Shown here: positions 23,364 to 33,790 of the stretch, piece by piece
Layout of the letters: each line of letters starts with the position of its first letter
Position numbering within the stretch: position 1 is the stretch's first letter
Origin: Alloascoidea hylecoeti
Taxonomy: Eukaryota
Length of the DNA: 64,000 nt
Assembly: GCA_001600815.1 (NCBI GenBank)
Contig: BCKZ01000002.1
Span: 1,496,294-1,560,293 of the forward strand
Reading direction: 5' to 3'
Made by a program: the position numbers and the translations under genes
The notes under the pieces: generated by a model
What the model was told of the DNA's origin: nothing
The model's input: the letters and a program-made list of their open reading frames with translations, nothing else
Database searches by the model: none

Positions 23364-23445
23364 TGTTATGAAGAATGTTTTTCACAAACTTTTTTCCGGC
23401 GATTTATAATGAGCCAAGGATAAACATGCATCACCATCTGAACTT
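23364..23445 (+). ncRNA. snR55: Box C/D snoRNA snR55-like
   Basis: C-like ATGAAGA, TTTTTCCGGCGAT and guide plus D box ACATGCATCACCATCTGA. Confidence 0.8.
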
Positions 23446-23600
23446 TTATATTATGATTTATTAAGATTTTTACTTTGTGAAATTTTTAATTCTAACATCT
23501 TTAAAAGTTTTATCAGCTTTAAGTATATTTGGTTTTTTAATCATATATGTAAATGGTATGTCTTTTTAATCATTATTGGTTGCTTATTATTGTGTCTATG

Positions 23601-23699
23601 GGATCACTATGATGATAAAAAATACTATTCAGTTCTGCTTCTGAACCAAAAATTCATGAAGAAAACTATATACCAAGCTCATTTTGCTGATCTTGATCC
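23601..23699 (+). ncRNA. snR61: Box C/D snoRNA snR61-like
   Basis: C box ATGATGA, TACTATTCAGTTCTGCTTCTGAACCAAAA, D box CTGA, terminal stem GGATCA/TGATCC. Confidence 0.85.
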
Positions 23700-24059
23700 T
23701 CTTTCACTTTAATTGGTTTAACAATCTCAATTTTATTTTTGTTTATTTTGCTAACAATTATTAGAATTTTTAGAAATCTTTGAATAAGTTTATATAGTTT
23801 TGGGTCAATCAATCAATCTTGTGTCTCGTAATTGAATGACTTCGTCAATTAATATAATTTTATTGCTCATAATGAATATAATTTTGATAGTTATTTTTAC
23901 TTGTAGAATTGTTTGTACATTTTATATAAAGGTGAGGAAAGTCCCATTTTTCTTAGCTAAAAATTTCGTGAAGCCTGCTGATACTATACTCCAGATCGTT
24001 CCTCTTTATAATTATAATTTTATAAATTATGATAAATTATGGATGCTAACGTTGCTAAG

Positions 24060-24878
24060 TCACTTATGACTTTCATCGTCAGTTGAAGCAGCTGTTTTTA
24101 ATCTCAGTGGAATATATTTTGTAATGTCATCCAAACAAACCGCAGTAATTTCAGGAGTAACATCATTTGCATTTAAAGCTGGTGTAGCTACAGCACAAAT
24201 CAATTCTTTATCGGTATTTATATTTATTGGAATTAACATAAATCTTACATCTTCACCATTTAATTTCTCAATGAAATTCTCATTCTTATTCATGCTTATA
24301 CTTATATTTTTTAAATTAATTGTTATTTTTGTAAGATCAATACCATCAATCAAACCTTTCCCAATAAATTTTAAATATGATTCCTTTAATGCCCAAAAAT
24401 ACCCAATTGATCTTTTATTTTTATTTATCATTGAAATTTCATCTTTTGAGAAAATTAATGAATAAATGTCTTCTGAATTTAAAATTTTCATCGATTCTTT
24501 AATATTACATAAATCAATACCGATGTCTTTATTATCATTTAATCTTATTGCAATAGCTACTGTCTCATCTTGGTGACTAACATTATAATTACAAGTAGTA
24601 GTTTTCAATTGATCACCATTGTTGTCATTATAATATGGTTTCCCATTAATTCCTCTTTTTATCGAAACATTATCCCAAGAAATCCCAATATATTTACAGG
24701 CAATATAATGCTGTAATAAATATGACCCTAATGCTTCCTTTTTGTCTTGTAATCGAATGAATTTATCAATTCGTTCTCTACTTGAAATATCGGAAACAAA
24801 TATATTAAGTGCATCTGATATTTCATTTCTTGAACTCCAAAGTCGTGAAACATCTAGTTTGTAGACTATTATTGTCAT
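24060..24878 (-). CDS. LYS5: Sfp-type 4'-phosphopantetheinyl transferase
   Basis: NGKPY, YNVSHQ, IGIDL and WALKESYLKFIGKGL motifs. Confidence 0.88.
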   Translation of the reverse strand: MTIIVYKLDVSRLWSSRNEISDALNIFVSDISSRERIDKFIRLQDKKEALGSYLLQHYIACKYIGISWDNVSIKRGINGKPYYNDNNGDQLKTTTCNYNVSHQDETVAIAIRLNDNKDIGIDLCNIKESMKILNSEDIYSLIFSKDEISMINKNKRSIGYFWALKESYLKFIGKGLIDGIDLTKITINLKNISISMNKNENFIEKLNGEDVRFMLIPININTDKELICAVATPALNANDVTPEITAVCLDDITKYIPLRLKTAASTDDESHK

Positions 24879-25637
24879 ATCATAAATATTTCTTTGCTGA
24901 AGAGCTTAAAGAACTAAAGTTTGGATCAAATCTCACTACATAATTGCCAGAGTGTGATCAACATCCTAACACACACAAATCCCATAGTCACGTTAGACCC
25001 GATACTGATGCACAACCCCTTTCTGTAGGGTTGTGGATCCTGTTTGAATTCATAGAGATATCAGTCAATTTAAAGATGTTTTAAAATGCATTATAATGAA
25101 TATAACTTATATCCACTCCATATACACCTTATTATATATTATCTAACTGGTCATAAGTTAAGGTCATTATTAATTCCAAATGCTAAAGTTGTAATTTAGC
25201 CAACATTGATACTAGCATTGATAAATAAGGAAACTATAACGATAGTTATAACAATTTATTATAATCATATTTATCAATACTGTTATAATTTAGAGCAAAT
25301 TAACCCTTGGTCCAGGCTTCAATTCAAGCAGCTTACGTTAACGTTGGTCGAACCTTTCACAAATGTCACTTATAATATTATTATAATGATTATAAGTCAC
25401 AACCACAATATACGATAATAAACCATAAGGAGAGTTCTGATCAGATTCTGAACAAGGATGGAACATTACATTTACTGGATTTTCAGATTATATCGGGCTA
25501 GTATTGGGTGTACTCCTTATAATTATCATAAATTCGGCACACAATTTCCTCTGGCACGGATGTTAAAATTGCCTTAAAATCTAACATAGTTTCCAGTAAT
25601 AATTTTCAATCCATTGAAATTACTGTGTCCATCAGCA

Positions 25638-26489
25638 ATGGAAAGTGAAAATAATCTTCCACTGGAGCTCTTGCTGGTAATAGTTGAACATCTGGAGCCA
25701 AAGGATATAATCAGTTTCGGTTCTATATCTACATATTACAGACAAATTATCCTTCCAATTGCTTTTGATACAATTAAAGTAAATGATTCAAACTCAAATT
25801 CTACACTATCAAGGCTCTCGCAAGAATCAGAAGGCAATTTTTTGAATAATATTGGAAGTGGAGTACACAATTTTGAATACTTTGTGGAAAGCCCTTATTT
25901 ACCTGAAATTTTGAAAAAATTAGATTCTTTATTGAAGTTATGCCCAAATTTAAAGAAAATTTCGTTTTTAGGTACTAGATTTGCTAATTTCAATGATTTT
26001 TATTGTCCCTCTTGGCCTACTTATACAAAGAATCATTTATTTCGCACTGAAATCCCTAATTATTCATTTGGTCAAATAAACGAGCTCGTGTGTGTCTCAA
26101 AAGCCGGGTTGATTGGTAACTATAGAGTTGGAATGAGTGAATCGCCACATTTTCTTTTGTGTTTTCCGAATCTCAAAGTCCTATCCTTAACGGGATTTAA
26201 ATTGCATAATAATTTTTTAGAAACAATACTGCTGCTACCCAAATTCACTACATTTATTTCAAAAAATTGTAGTATTAAGAATCAATGCCAGTATACTGAT
26301 GCTGAATTTGATCTACAATTTCGAAAAAAAAAAAAGAAGATTCCAGAGGCTTCAATAAGTTATTCCAATGATAGATACTTCAAAGGGTTTGAGTTGCAGT
26401 ATTTTGATAAGAAGTATGTCTTTGAAAATGTTTTTGAAAACATAACAGATTCCTCATCATATAAATTTGTTGTTGAAGAAAATAGATAA
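25638..26489 (+). CDS. F-box/LRR-like protein, paralog A
   Basis: F-box-like LPLELLLVIVEHLEPKDIISFGSISTYYR; LRR-like CPNLKKISF and FPNLKVLSLTG; ATG at 25638. Confidence 0.78.
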   Translation: MESENNLPLELLLVIVEHLEPKDIISFGSISTYYRQIILPIAFDTIKVNDSNSNSTLSRLSQESEGNFLNNIGSGVHNFEYFVESPYLPEILKKLDSLLKLCPNLKKISFLGTRFANFNDFYCPSWPTYTKNHLFRTEIPNYSFGQINELVCVSKAGLIGNYRVGMSESPHFLLCFPNLKVLSLTGFKLHNNFLETILLLPKFTTFISKNCSIKNQCQYTDAEFDLQFRKKKKKIPEASISYSNDRYFKGFELQYFDKKYVFENVFENITDSSSYKFVVEENR

Positions 26490-26719
26490 TAATATTTATT
26501 AATCATGACTAGATTCTTTTTATTACGTCTTTATTTTTACATCTAAAATGGCAGCTGAGGTAGATAATAAATATTTAATATTGAATATATAGTAATTTTA
26601 GTTACCTGTAGATACGCTTACATGTCTACATAAATCCTATGTTATTAATATTAATATTAATCTTGTTTATGATGAAAGGTTGACGCTGACCGTGAAATAT
26701 TGTTGAGTATACTAGTATA

Positions 26720-26973
26720 TAGTGATTCCACCTAATTAAGGCCACAATTTAGCTGAATAATCGGCCATTGGGTGTAATAAATATTCGTCTATCCCACAAA
26801 TAAGTTTCGGGTAAATATCACCCATTTATTTTAATATGTGGGGATATGAAACAACTTAGGATGGAAGCAAAAAATTAGCTATGGAGATAGTAAATAAGCT
26901 TTAAATAGCAAGGAATAATATTGTGTGGCCGAAAATTCAGCCAAATTGTGGCCTAAATTAAGTGTAATCACTG
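26720..26973. mobile_element. MITE with about 48-bp terminal inverted repeats (pogo/Tc1-mariner-like ends)
   Basis: Left TAGTGATTCCACCTAATTAAGGCCACAATTTAGCTGAATAATCGGCCA; reverse complement of right end CAGTGATTACACTTAATTTAGGCCACAATTTGGCTGAATTTTCGGCCA; TA on the left flank. Confidence 0.8.
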
Positions 26974-27108
26974 TGATTACATGTTGAACATTATTATATG
27001 ATTAGTTAAAAATGCGATAGTATATGCCATATATTAGTTATATGTGTACACGTATATAAAAAAATATCTCTAAATAATATAAATATGTGATTTTATATAA
27101 TTCATTAA

Positions 27109-29946
27109 TTAAGATCGGCAATTGCTTTTAGAAGCTTCACCTATTTCATAATTTTTTTTAAACCCTTTAATATTATTATTAGTATGGATTGATTCCATTG
27201 ATTGTTTTGGGTAATTAAGTATCCCAGGTTGTTGCGATTGTTGTTGTTGTCTAATTTTTTTGCTATTTTTCTTTAAAAATTTCTTTGAATTCTTTTTTGA
27301 AGATTTCTTGGAACTCTTTTTTGAACTTATTGAATATCGCTTCTGTAGATCTTGTAACTGTGAACCTTTTTCTAAATCCATTTCAAAACTTTTATATTTT
27401 TTGTTTCTATTATTATTATTGCCGCTGCTGCTACCATTACTGCTATTATTCCGATTATTATTCCACCATCTTGAAATAGCAAAAATGCCTAGTTTTCTTT
27501 TCCATCTAATTGAAGTAAAACTCCTGAATATTCTATTCCAATCTCTACCAAGATGTAATAAGAAATTTTGAAAATTGTCTTTTGAAAAAAACGAGGAGAG
27601 TTTTGATCTATTATTTGAAGTCGAAGAATTAATTGATATTTCAGAAACTGATCGTCGTGATCTTTGATCAAACGATGATCTTGATAAATCTTCAGGATTG
27701 AAATCAGTCTGTTGTTGTGATTGTTGTTCATCGGTGAATAATAAATACTTCGTTAATAAACCAAAAACCAAACATAAACCAACTAAACATCCTAAAATTC
27801 CAAAGAACCAATGCAAATTTGATACATCCTGGCCTGGTACGCGAACATTCATACCAAATAGACCACTGATTAGAGTTAATGGAACAAACATCGTACCAAT
27901 TAATGTTACTTTTGATAAGGCATCCTGGATTTTAGCATTACTTTGAAATGAGTCGACTTGTAATTGGGCCAGGTAATTACCATGAGCACGACTTAAAACC
28001 TTTTCACAAGAAGATAAAGATTGGAACATTGTTATTATATGATCTTGAATATCACTAAGATAAAGTATAATTTCTTCTTTACCATTTGTTTTGAAAATAT
28101 CGTTATTTTCAACGACTGTTGTTGAGCTATTAGTCGTTGATTTATGGTGGTCATTACTATCAGTATCACTTGCTGTATTAACTTTGTTAAGGTTGTTGTT
28201 ATTGTTAATATTCAAATAATTTAAATTCATTTGAGAATTAACCTGTGATAATAAGCCATTACCATTATTAATGTTGTTGCTTCCAATATCATATCGTTCA
28301 ACAAATCTTTTTGTAAACATTTTTAAAACATCGGCCTTTCCAGAAATTAATCGTAACAAAGACATTACTCTTTTTCTTGATTCCCCAATTCTAACAAGTA
28401 CAGAACTATAATCAACGGCACCGGCAATAACAACCATATCATCAATTGAATCAGTTTCCCTTTCAATTTCTTTAATAACCGGACCAAATTCATCCACAAT
28501 ATTATCAATTATTGCATAACAAATCCAATCAGAAGAAGCTTTTACATAACCTTTTAATTGTCTTATCCTTTTCCTAACATTTGAACAATGTTTTATTTGA
28601 TCAAAATGAAATGAAATTATACCAGTTTCAAAAACAACAAGATACATATTAACAGGTTCCAAAAATTCATCCATAATTTCATCATTTGATTCAAATGTAT
28701 GAAAACAAACAAAATAATAATTTTTAAAAAGTTCTACTTTTTCTCTTGATTCTTGAGTTTTAATATCTTCAGCTGTTAATGGATGTATACCAAATGCTTT
28801 TACAAACATTCTAATTTCTGAATCTGTTGGATTTAAAACATCAAGCCACCAAGTTCCTGATGTGAATAAAGTTTTAAACTTAGCATCTGTAACATTACCT
28901 CCATTTTCCTTGAATAGGGTTGGGAAATCAGGCGTATGAATGGTTACATCAGGCTCATCAGAGTTGAAAAGACTAAATCTATCAATTACTTCATTTGAAT
29001 CTGTATCATAATCTCTACTATTGTTAGGTATATCATTATTAGTATGGTGATCTCTTGGAAATGGTGTTGAATTTTCAATAGAACTTGATTCAGAACTTGT
29101 ATCCTGTGCAAAAGTATTTGAAATAAAATTGGATATCTTATGAACAGCATCTTTAAAATCATTATCACTATCACCTGATGATGAACTTTCATTATCATTA
29201 TCATTAATATTAGCCTTTTCTTTCCTTTTATTATTGTTATTGCTATTTTCCCTTTTCTTTTTATTTTTACTATATTTATTATTAGTATTATTAGCACTTT
29301 TAAATGATTCAGATGATGATATAGTATTTGTACTTAATCTTCTTAGTTTTTTGAGGTTTACAGTAGCAAAGGATTCATCATCACCTTTGACATTAGCATT
29401 ATCATTTTCCACCCGATTTGATTCAATAAATTCATCGATTTCACTAAAATCAATATCACTATCTTGTACAGAACGTATAGCATGTAATGGTAACCAAACC
29501 TCTTCGTCATCTATTTCTGCATCGGTACTAATCATTGAGTCATTACTACTGCTACTACCATCACTATCATTGCTATCATTGTTATCGGATTGGATGGCAT
29601 TTTCTCTATTTTTGTTTAGATGATTATTTTTTCTCTGTTTTCTTTTTAATCGAGGTTTGATGTTATTGATATTGTTGCTTATTATTGATGATGATGCCGA
29701 AGATTTTCTTCTTAATTTTTGTAAGAAACCGGTGGAATTTGTTCTAGGGCGTGGTTGCTGCCTCTTACTCTTTGATGATGACGATGATTTTAAATTTGGT
29801 CGTGATTTTTTATGAGACCCCTCCTGTTGCTGTTGTTGTTTAGATGATGATGTTGGTTCAAAACTTAATGGCTCATCATCTGACACATTATTATTATCCT
29901 TGTAGTTGTCTAACGAAGGTTTGAATGAGGTTGATTGATCAGCCAT
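27109..29946 (-). CDS. ALR1: CorA-family Mg2+ transporter, Alr1/Alr2 type
   Basis: WWLDVLNPT, FGIHPLTAEDI, REKVELFKNYYFVCFHTF, NYLAQL and the GMN signature GLFGMNVRVPG with two TM helices. Confidence 0.88.
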   Translation of the reverse strand: MADQSTSFKPSLDNYKDNNNVSDDEPLSFEPTSSSKQQQQQEGSHKKSRPNLKSSSSSKSKRQQPRPRTNSTGFLQKLRRKSSASSSIISNNINNIKPRLKRKQRKNNHLNKNRENAIQSDNNDSNDSDGSSSSNDSMISTDAEIDDEEVWLPLHAIRSVQDSDIDFSEIDEFIESNRVENDNANVKGDDESFATVNLKKLRRLSTNTISSSESFKSANNTNNKYSKNKKKRENSNNNNKRKEKANINDNDNESSSSGDSDNDFKDAVHKISNFISNTFAQDTSSESSSIENSTPFPRDHHTNNDIPNNSRDYDTDSNEVIDRFSLFNSDEPDVTIHTPDFPTLFKENGGNVTDAKFKTLFTSGTWWLDVLNPTDSEIRMFVKAFGIHPLTAEDIKTQESREKVELFKNYYFVCFHTFESNDEIMDEFLEPVNMYLVVFETGIISFHFDQIKHCSNVRKRIRQLKGYVKASSDWICYAIIDNIVDEFGPVIKEIERETDSIDDMVVIAGAVDYSSVLVRIGESRKRVMSLLRLISGKADVLKMFTKRFVERYDIGSNNINNGNGLLSQVNSQMNLNYLNINNNNNLNKVNTASDTDSNDHHKSTTNSSTTVVENNDIFKTNGKEEIILYLSDIQDHIITMFQSLSSCEKVLSRAHGNYLAQLQVDSFQSNAKIQDALSKVTLIGTMFVPLTLISGLFGMNVRVPGQDVSNLHWFFGILGCLVGLCLVFGLLTKYLLFTDEQQSQQQTDFNPEDLSRSSFDQRSRRSVSEISINSSTSNNRSKLSSFFSKDNFQNFLLHLGRDWNRIFRSFTSIRWKRKLGIFAISRWWNNNRNNSSNGSSSGNNNNRNKKYKSFEMDLEKGSQLQDLQKRYSISSKKSSKKSSKKNSKKFLKKNSKKIRQQQQSQQPGILNYPKQSMESIHTNNNIKGFKKNYEIGEASKSNCRS

Positions 29947-30208
29947 TATTTATATTCGGATATATAGAGATTTTACACATGTAAAATCTTGTATTTTAGA
30001 AATTAAAAGAAGTGATGAAGAAGAAGTAAATGAGCAAATATTTTATTTTTGCGTCTAATTTATGAGCTTGTTGCGACATATGCATCTATCATCAAATAAT
30101 ATTTATTTCATTTATTCATTTCATTTGTTTATTTAACTTATAAATGATACTTATTTATACACTTTTTATTCATATATTTTTATTTACATCAGTATAATTA
30201 TATGATAA

Positions 30209-30961
30209 CTAATGAGTAATGTCAAATGATTGACCAGGCTCCCAATTTTTTAATCCATTTCTAATATTTACCCAATATCTTAACTGAATGGCAATCCTGG
30301 CAGCTTCATCATAATCTTCATCTTTAAATAATTCATTTAATTTCTCTTCACATTTTTTAATACGTTCATTATTTTCGGATTTAATGGATTTAACATCATC
30401 TTCCGTTTCTGCTTCATCGATTAATTCATGAATTTCCATGATTGTTAATAAAACATTATTATTATCAATATCATTAGTAGAATATTTCTTTGCCTCGTCA
30501 TCATTTAAAAGATCAATATTTTTATTGAGTTTTAGCAAATGTTGAGCTCTTAGTAATGGTTTGGATAATGTTTCATATGCTTTGTTTAATAATGATGATT
30601 GATGTTCATATTTTTGTCTATCTTCTTCATTTGATGCATAATCGGGATGAGTTTTCGATTGTAAGGTTAAAAACTCCTTGCGTAGCTGTTTTAAATTGAA
30701 GATAAAGGGGCCAGTTGGTGGTGGACCATTAGGGAATGTCTTTGGGAATAGATTATAATATGAAATACTCGAATCTTTGGCAGTAGAACTATCCTTCGTA
30801 TCAGTGTGGTTATAACAAGGACTAAATACTGAAAAGGATGAAGAAGAAAGAAAAAATGGTGACGAATGACTTAAGGTCGGTGCAATGCATGTTTTAGGAA
30901 CATTCTCAAGTATTCCACGAAATGTTAATTGGTATGATTTTCTTTGGAAGATGTTTAGCAT
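30209..30961 (-). CDS. JAC1: Mitochondrial Fe-S co-chaperone Jac1/HscB
   Basis: J domain with HPD, SSLLNKAYETLSKPLLRAQHLL and LRYWVNI; presequence-like N-terminus. Confidence 0.93.
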   Translation of the reverse strand: MLNIFQRKSYQLTFRGILENVPKTCIAPTLSHSSPFFLSSSSFSVFSPCYNHTDTKDSSTAKDSSISYYNLFPKTFPNGPPPTGPFIFNLKQLRKEFLTLQSKTHPDYASNEEDRQKYEHQSSLLNKAYETLSKPLLRAQHLLKLNKNIDLLNDDEAKKYSTNDIDNNNVLLTIMEIHELIDEAETEDDVKSIKSENNERIKKCEEKLNELFKDEDYDEAARIAIQLRYWVNIRNGLKNWEPGQSFDITH

Positions 30962-32974
30962 TGCTAACCTATTCTTTCATTCACTTCTGGTGATTAATTT
31001 AATGCGGAAAGCCGGGGGTTGATCACGTGATAGTTTTGAGTTGGTACAGTTGCGATCGGGTTCGTTCCGAGGGCCCGGGTTACAATTTTCTTTTTGTTTT
31101 TTAAGCTACAGTGGATTTCCAGGACCACTTATGACAGATGACTGGAGCTCATGTGAAACCAGTTGTTGAAACCGATATGAATTTCACGAAACAAAAACAA
31201 AAGTACTGCTTTGTGGGCCGTAGAGTTTGAATAAACAATTGATGAAGGAATTAAATCAATCATTAAGGATATGGTAATAACAAAGTAAACAAGTTTTTTA
31301 TTTAGATCCGGTTGATGAGTTCCCTCCCATGATGCCCCAAATGAGTCAATCAAAATATGAATGATTTCTTTAACGGCAAACTTGCTTTTTCATCTGGCTC
31401 AGTACCATTGTTATATGAACTGATGGAGATAATTAATATGAAGATTCCCACACTGCAGAGAAACTTCAACAATTGTTGGTCGTAGATGCGATTGGCCATC
31501 GTCGGCGCTTAAATATATTTGTGTTTGTGTACCAATTTATTGCTGTGATGGGCCGAGACAGGGATGATATCTTAAGGATGGGCATTCTATATTATTTCAC
31601 TGGTTGGTCTTAATAGTCTCCCACAACTAATCTGCGTAGTTGAGTAAACATTAGGCCATATTTTAAATTATAACGCGGTCACAGGATGTAATAATATTCG
31701 TCCTATTATTCGACCACCCTTTGAATTAAATTCAAATCCATATGATTCCATACACAAATGCCCGAGCTGGTAAACATGGATGTAAACTTGGTAATCAAAA
31801 TATCTGGAGTCAATAGACGCTACGATATGATCTGGAAGGTCAAGAGACCAAATATGAACGAACTATAAGTATTAAAGTACCTTCAATCACTTCTAATTTA
31901 GTTCCAAATTTTCAAAACTGCTACTTTTCATAATTTTACGAATTGAATTGAGATTTAAAACTCCAGTCCCCATCTAAGCTTCATTGAAAAATCTTTAACA
32001 TCAAAAACACCAAAATATTTTCTGGATCATAGTATTTACGATAATAATCGTAATACTACTTCAGCTGGACCACATATAAATTATAATTCTTTTTCTTCGA
32101 ATAAGTCAGAGCCCAATAGTTATCGGTTCTCTATAAGTGTCCCTCTTGATATTATATTAAAATCGAAAGTTAATTCTATGAATTCACCATATGTATATGC
32201 TTCAACAGTGATAATCTACACACTACACTATTAATCTTTAATTACTTTATTTTATGTTAGTTGGCTTCCTCTTATATAAAACTGATAGAGCATAACGGGT
32301 AATATGTGGGAAGTGTCACGGGAAAAACTAGAGCAAAGCTATCAACAAGAGCGGTCAGACAATGATCACACGAGAGGAATAGGGACAGAAACTATGGATA
32401 TTTTATACAACTGAGAATAGGCGTAGATTATATCACACATCTCACTCTAACAAAACCCTTCTTCCTTGACCAAAAGGGTTGTGCAATTAAGCTCATTTCG
32501 GGAAAGGCGGCTGTACCAGGTTTATCCTCTATACTTGTAAGAATGGGAAGAAATTATTTAGGGCTCAAACTTTAGGCTGAAGATATATGCATTCCGATAT
32601 TAGGAGTATACCCAGATCACAACAAATAGCGTGAACTTTGATAACAATTTGTAAACTATATTTGAATACACAAACACGCTCAGCAGTAAAATCGTTTGCA
32701 AAATACCTCGGAAGATAATAAATCACATAATAATTAAAAAGTATAGGTAGCTATGCTATAGGAAGAAAATAGTAGCAGAAGAGCAAAAGATAAGAAGACA
32801 GTTAGATAAATGGAAAAGGAAGATTTAGCTGCTTTACATACACACTAAGTGTAATGTGACAGTTTCTAGTTATGATTACAATTGGAAATTTTGTAGCTAA
32901 AGATAAAAACATCATTATAGTTTGTTATAATTATAAGTTATTGTATATGTCAATTAATTGTTTATCCCTTTTCA

Positions 32975-33790
32975 TTAATTTGATTCCTTTACAACCCCAT
33001 TTGTATTCAATACATCTTTTTCATCCTTAACTGTTTCAATTTTCTTTTCAACTTTTTGAACTTCCTTTGAATTATTTGCCAAATCCCGTAATGGATCAAA
33101 TCTTTTCTTTTCCTCTTTATAATCTAAAAAATTTGAATATAGTTTTTTAACTTGAACTGGAGTTTTTGAATTGTTTACAAGTATATCAATTTTCTGGCCA
33201 ATAAGATGATTCGTTTGTCTAGTTTGGGGTGAAAGGTCAATTCTCAATCGATAAAATGATAAATAAATGACTAGTACATAGCCAGCTGTACCACGTAATA
33301 ATAATGTATTAAATAACAATTTAAAAATTAATAGAATTTCAACATATGATATAAGTTGAAGTAGATTATTCTCATATTTAGAAATTATTGATAAAGATTT
33401 TGCTTTTGAATAATTTACGTGTAATAAAGAATAAACAAAATAAGGAAAGATCTTCAAACTTGATTGTCGAGTAAATAACCAAATCAACGATAATAACAAA
33501 TATTGAAAATTTTCAGTTGAAACAAGATAATAAAAGCTCGGTGAAGCGATATTTTTATATTTCTTATAAATACTTAATGAATATGTCAAGACTATTGATA
33601 TAATTGATATTCTATAAATCAATTTGATTATAAATAAATTAGTTAGGAATACTAATGTACTTAAAAGATAGACAGTTGATGTTGCCAAGATAATAAGATG
33701 ACCATATCCCCATGCCTTTCTTAAGGTTTCATCGGCTAGTAAGGAAGATACACCACCATTTGCTTTGGGAGATTTTGAAGTTTGTGACAT
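32975..33790 (-). CDS. TMEM33/Pom33/Per33 family membrane protein
   Basis: AWGYGH, ENFQYLLLSLIWL, PYFVYSLLHV and FYRLR motifs; several TM segments. Confidence 0.8.
   Translation of the reverse strand: MSQTSKSPKANGGVSSLLADETLRKAWGYGHLIILATSTVYLLSTLVFLTNLFIIKLIYRISIISIVLTYSLSIYKKYKNIASPSFYYLVSTENFQYLLLSLIWLFTRQSSLKIFPYFVYSLLHVNYSKAKSLSIISKYENNLLQLISYVEILLIFKLLFNTLLLRGTAGYVLVIYLSFYRLRIDLSPQTRQTNHLIGQKIDILVNNSKTPVQVKKLYSNFLDYKEEKKRFDPLRDLANNSKEVQKVEKKIETVKDEKDVLNTNGVVKESN

Larger units (their letters stand above)
22950..23830 (+). ncRNA. Spliced non-coding snoRNA host transcript with three introns (ends approximate)
   Basis: Introns 23015-23317 (GTGAGT/AACTAAC/CAG), 23320-23507 or 23516 (GTATGT/TTCTAAC/AG) and 23556-23764 (GTATGT/TGCTAAC/TAG); no meaningful ORF in the exons. 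Confidence 0.7.

Noticed and set aside
23935..23947. GAAAGTCCC resembling RNase MRP CR-I (also at about 12172)
   Set aside because: No complementary CR-V/P4 partner seen downstream.
25011..25036. CACAACCC...GGGTTGTG hairpin upstream of LYS5
   Set aside because: A single 8-bp stem with no supporting context.
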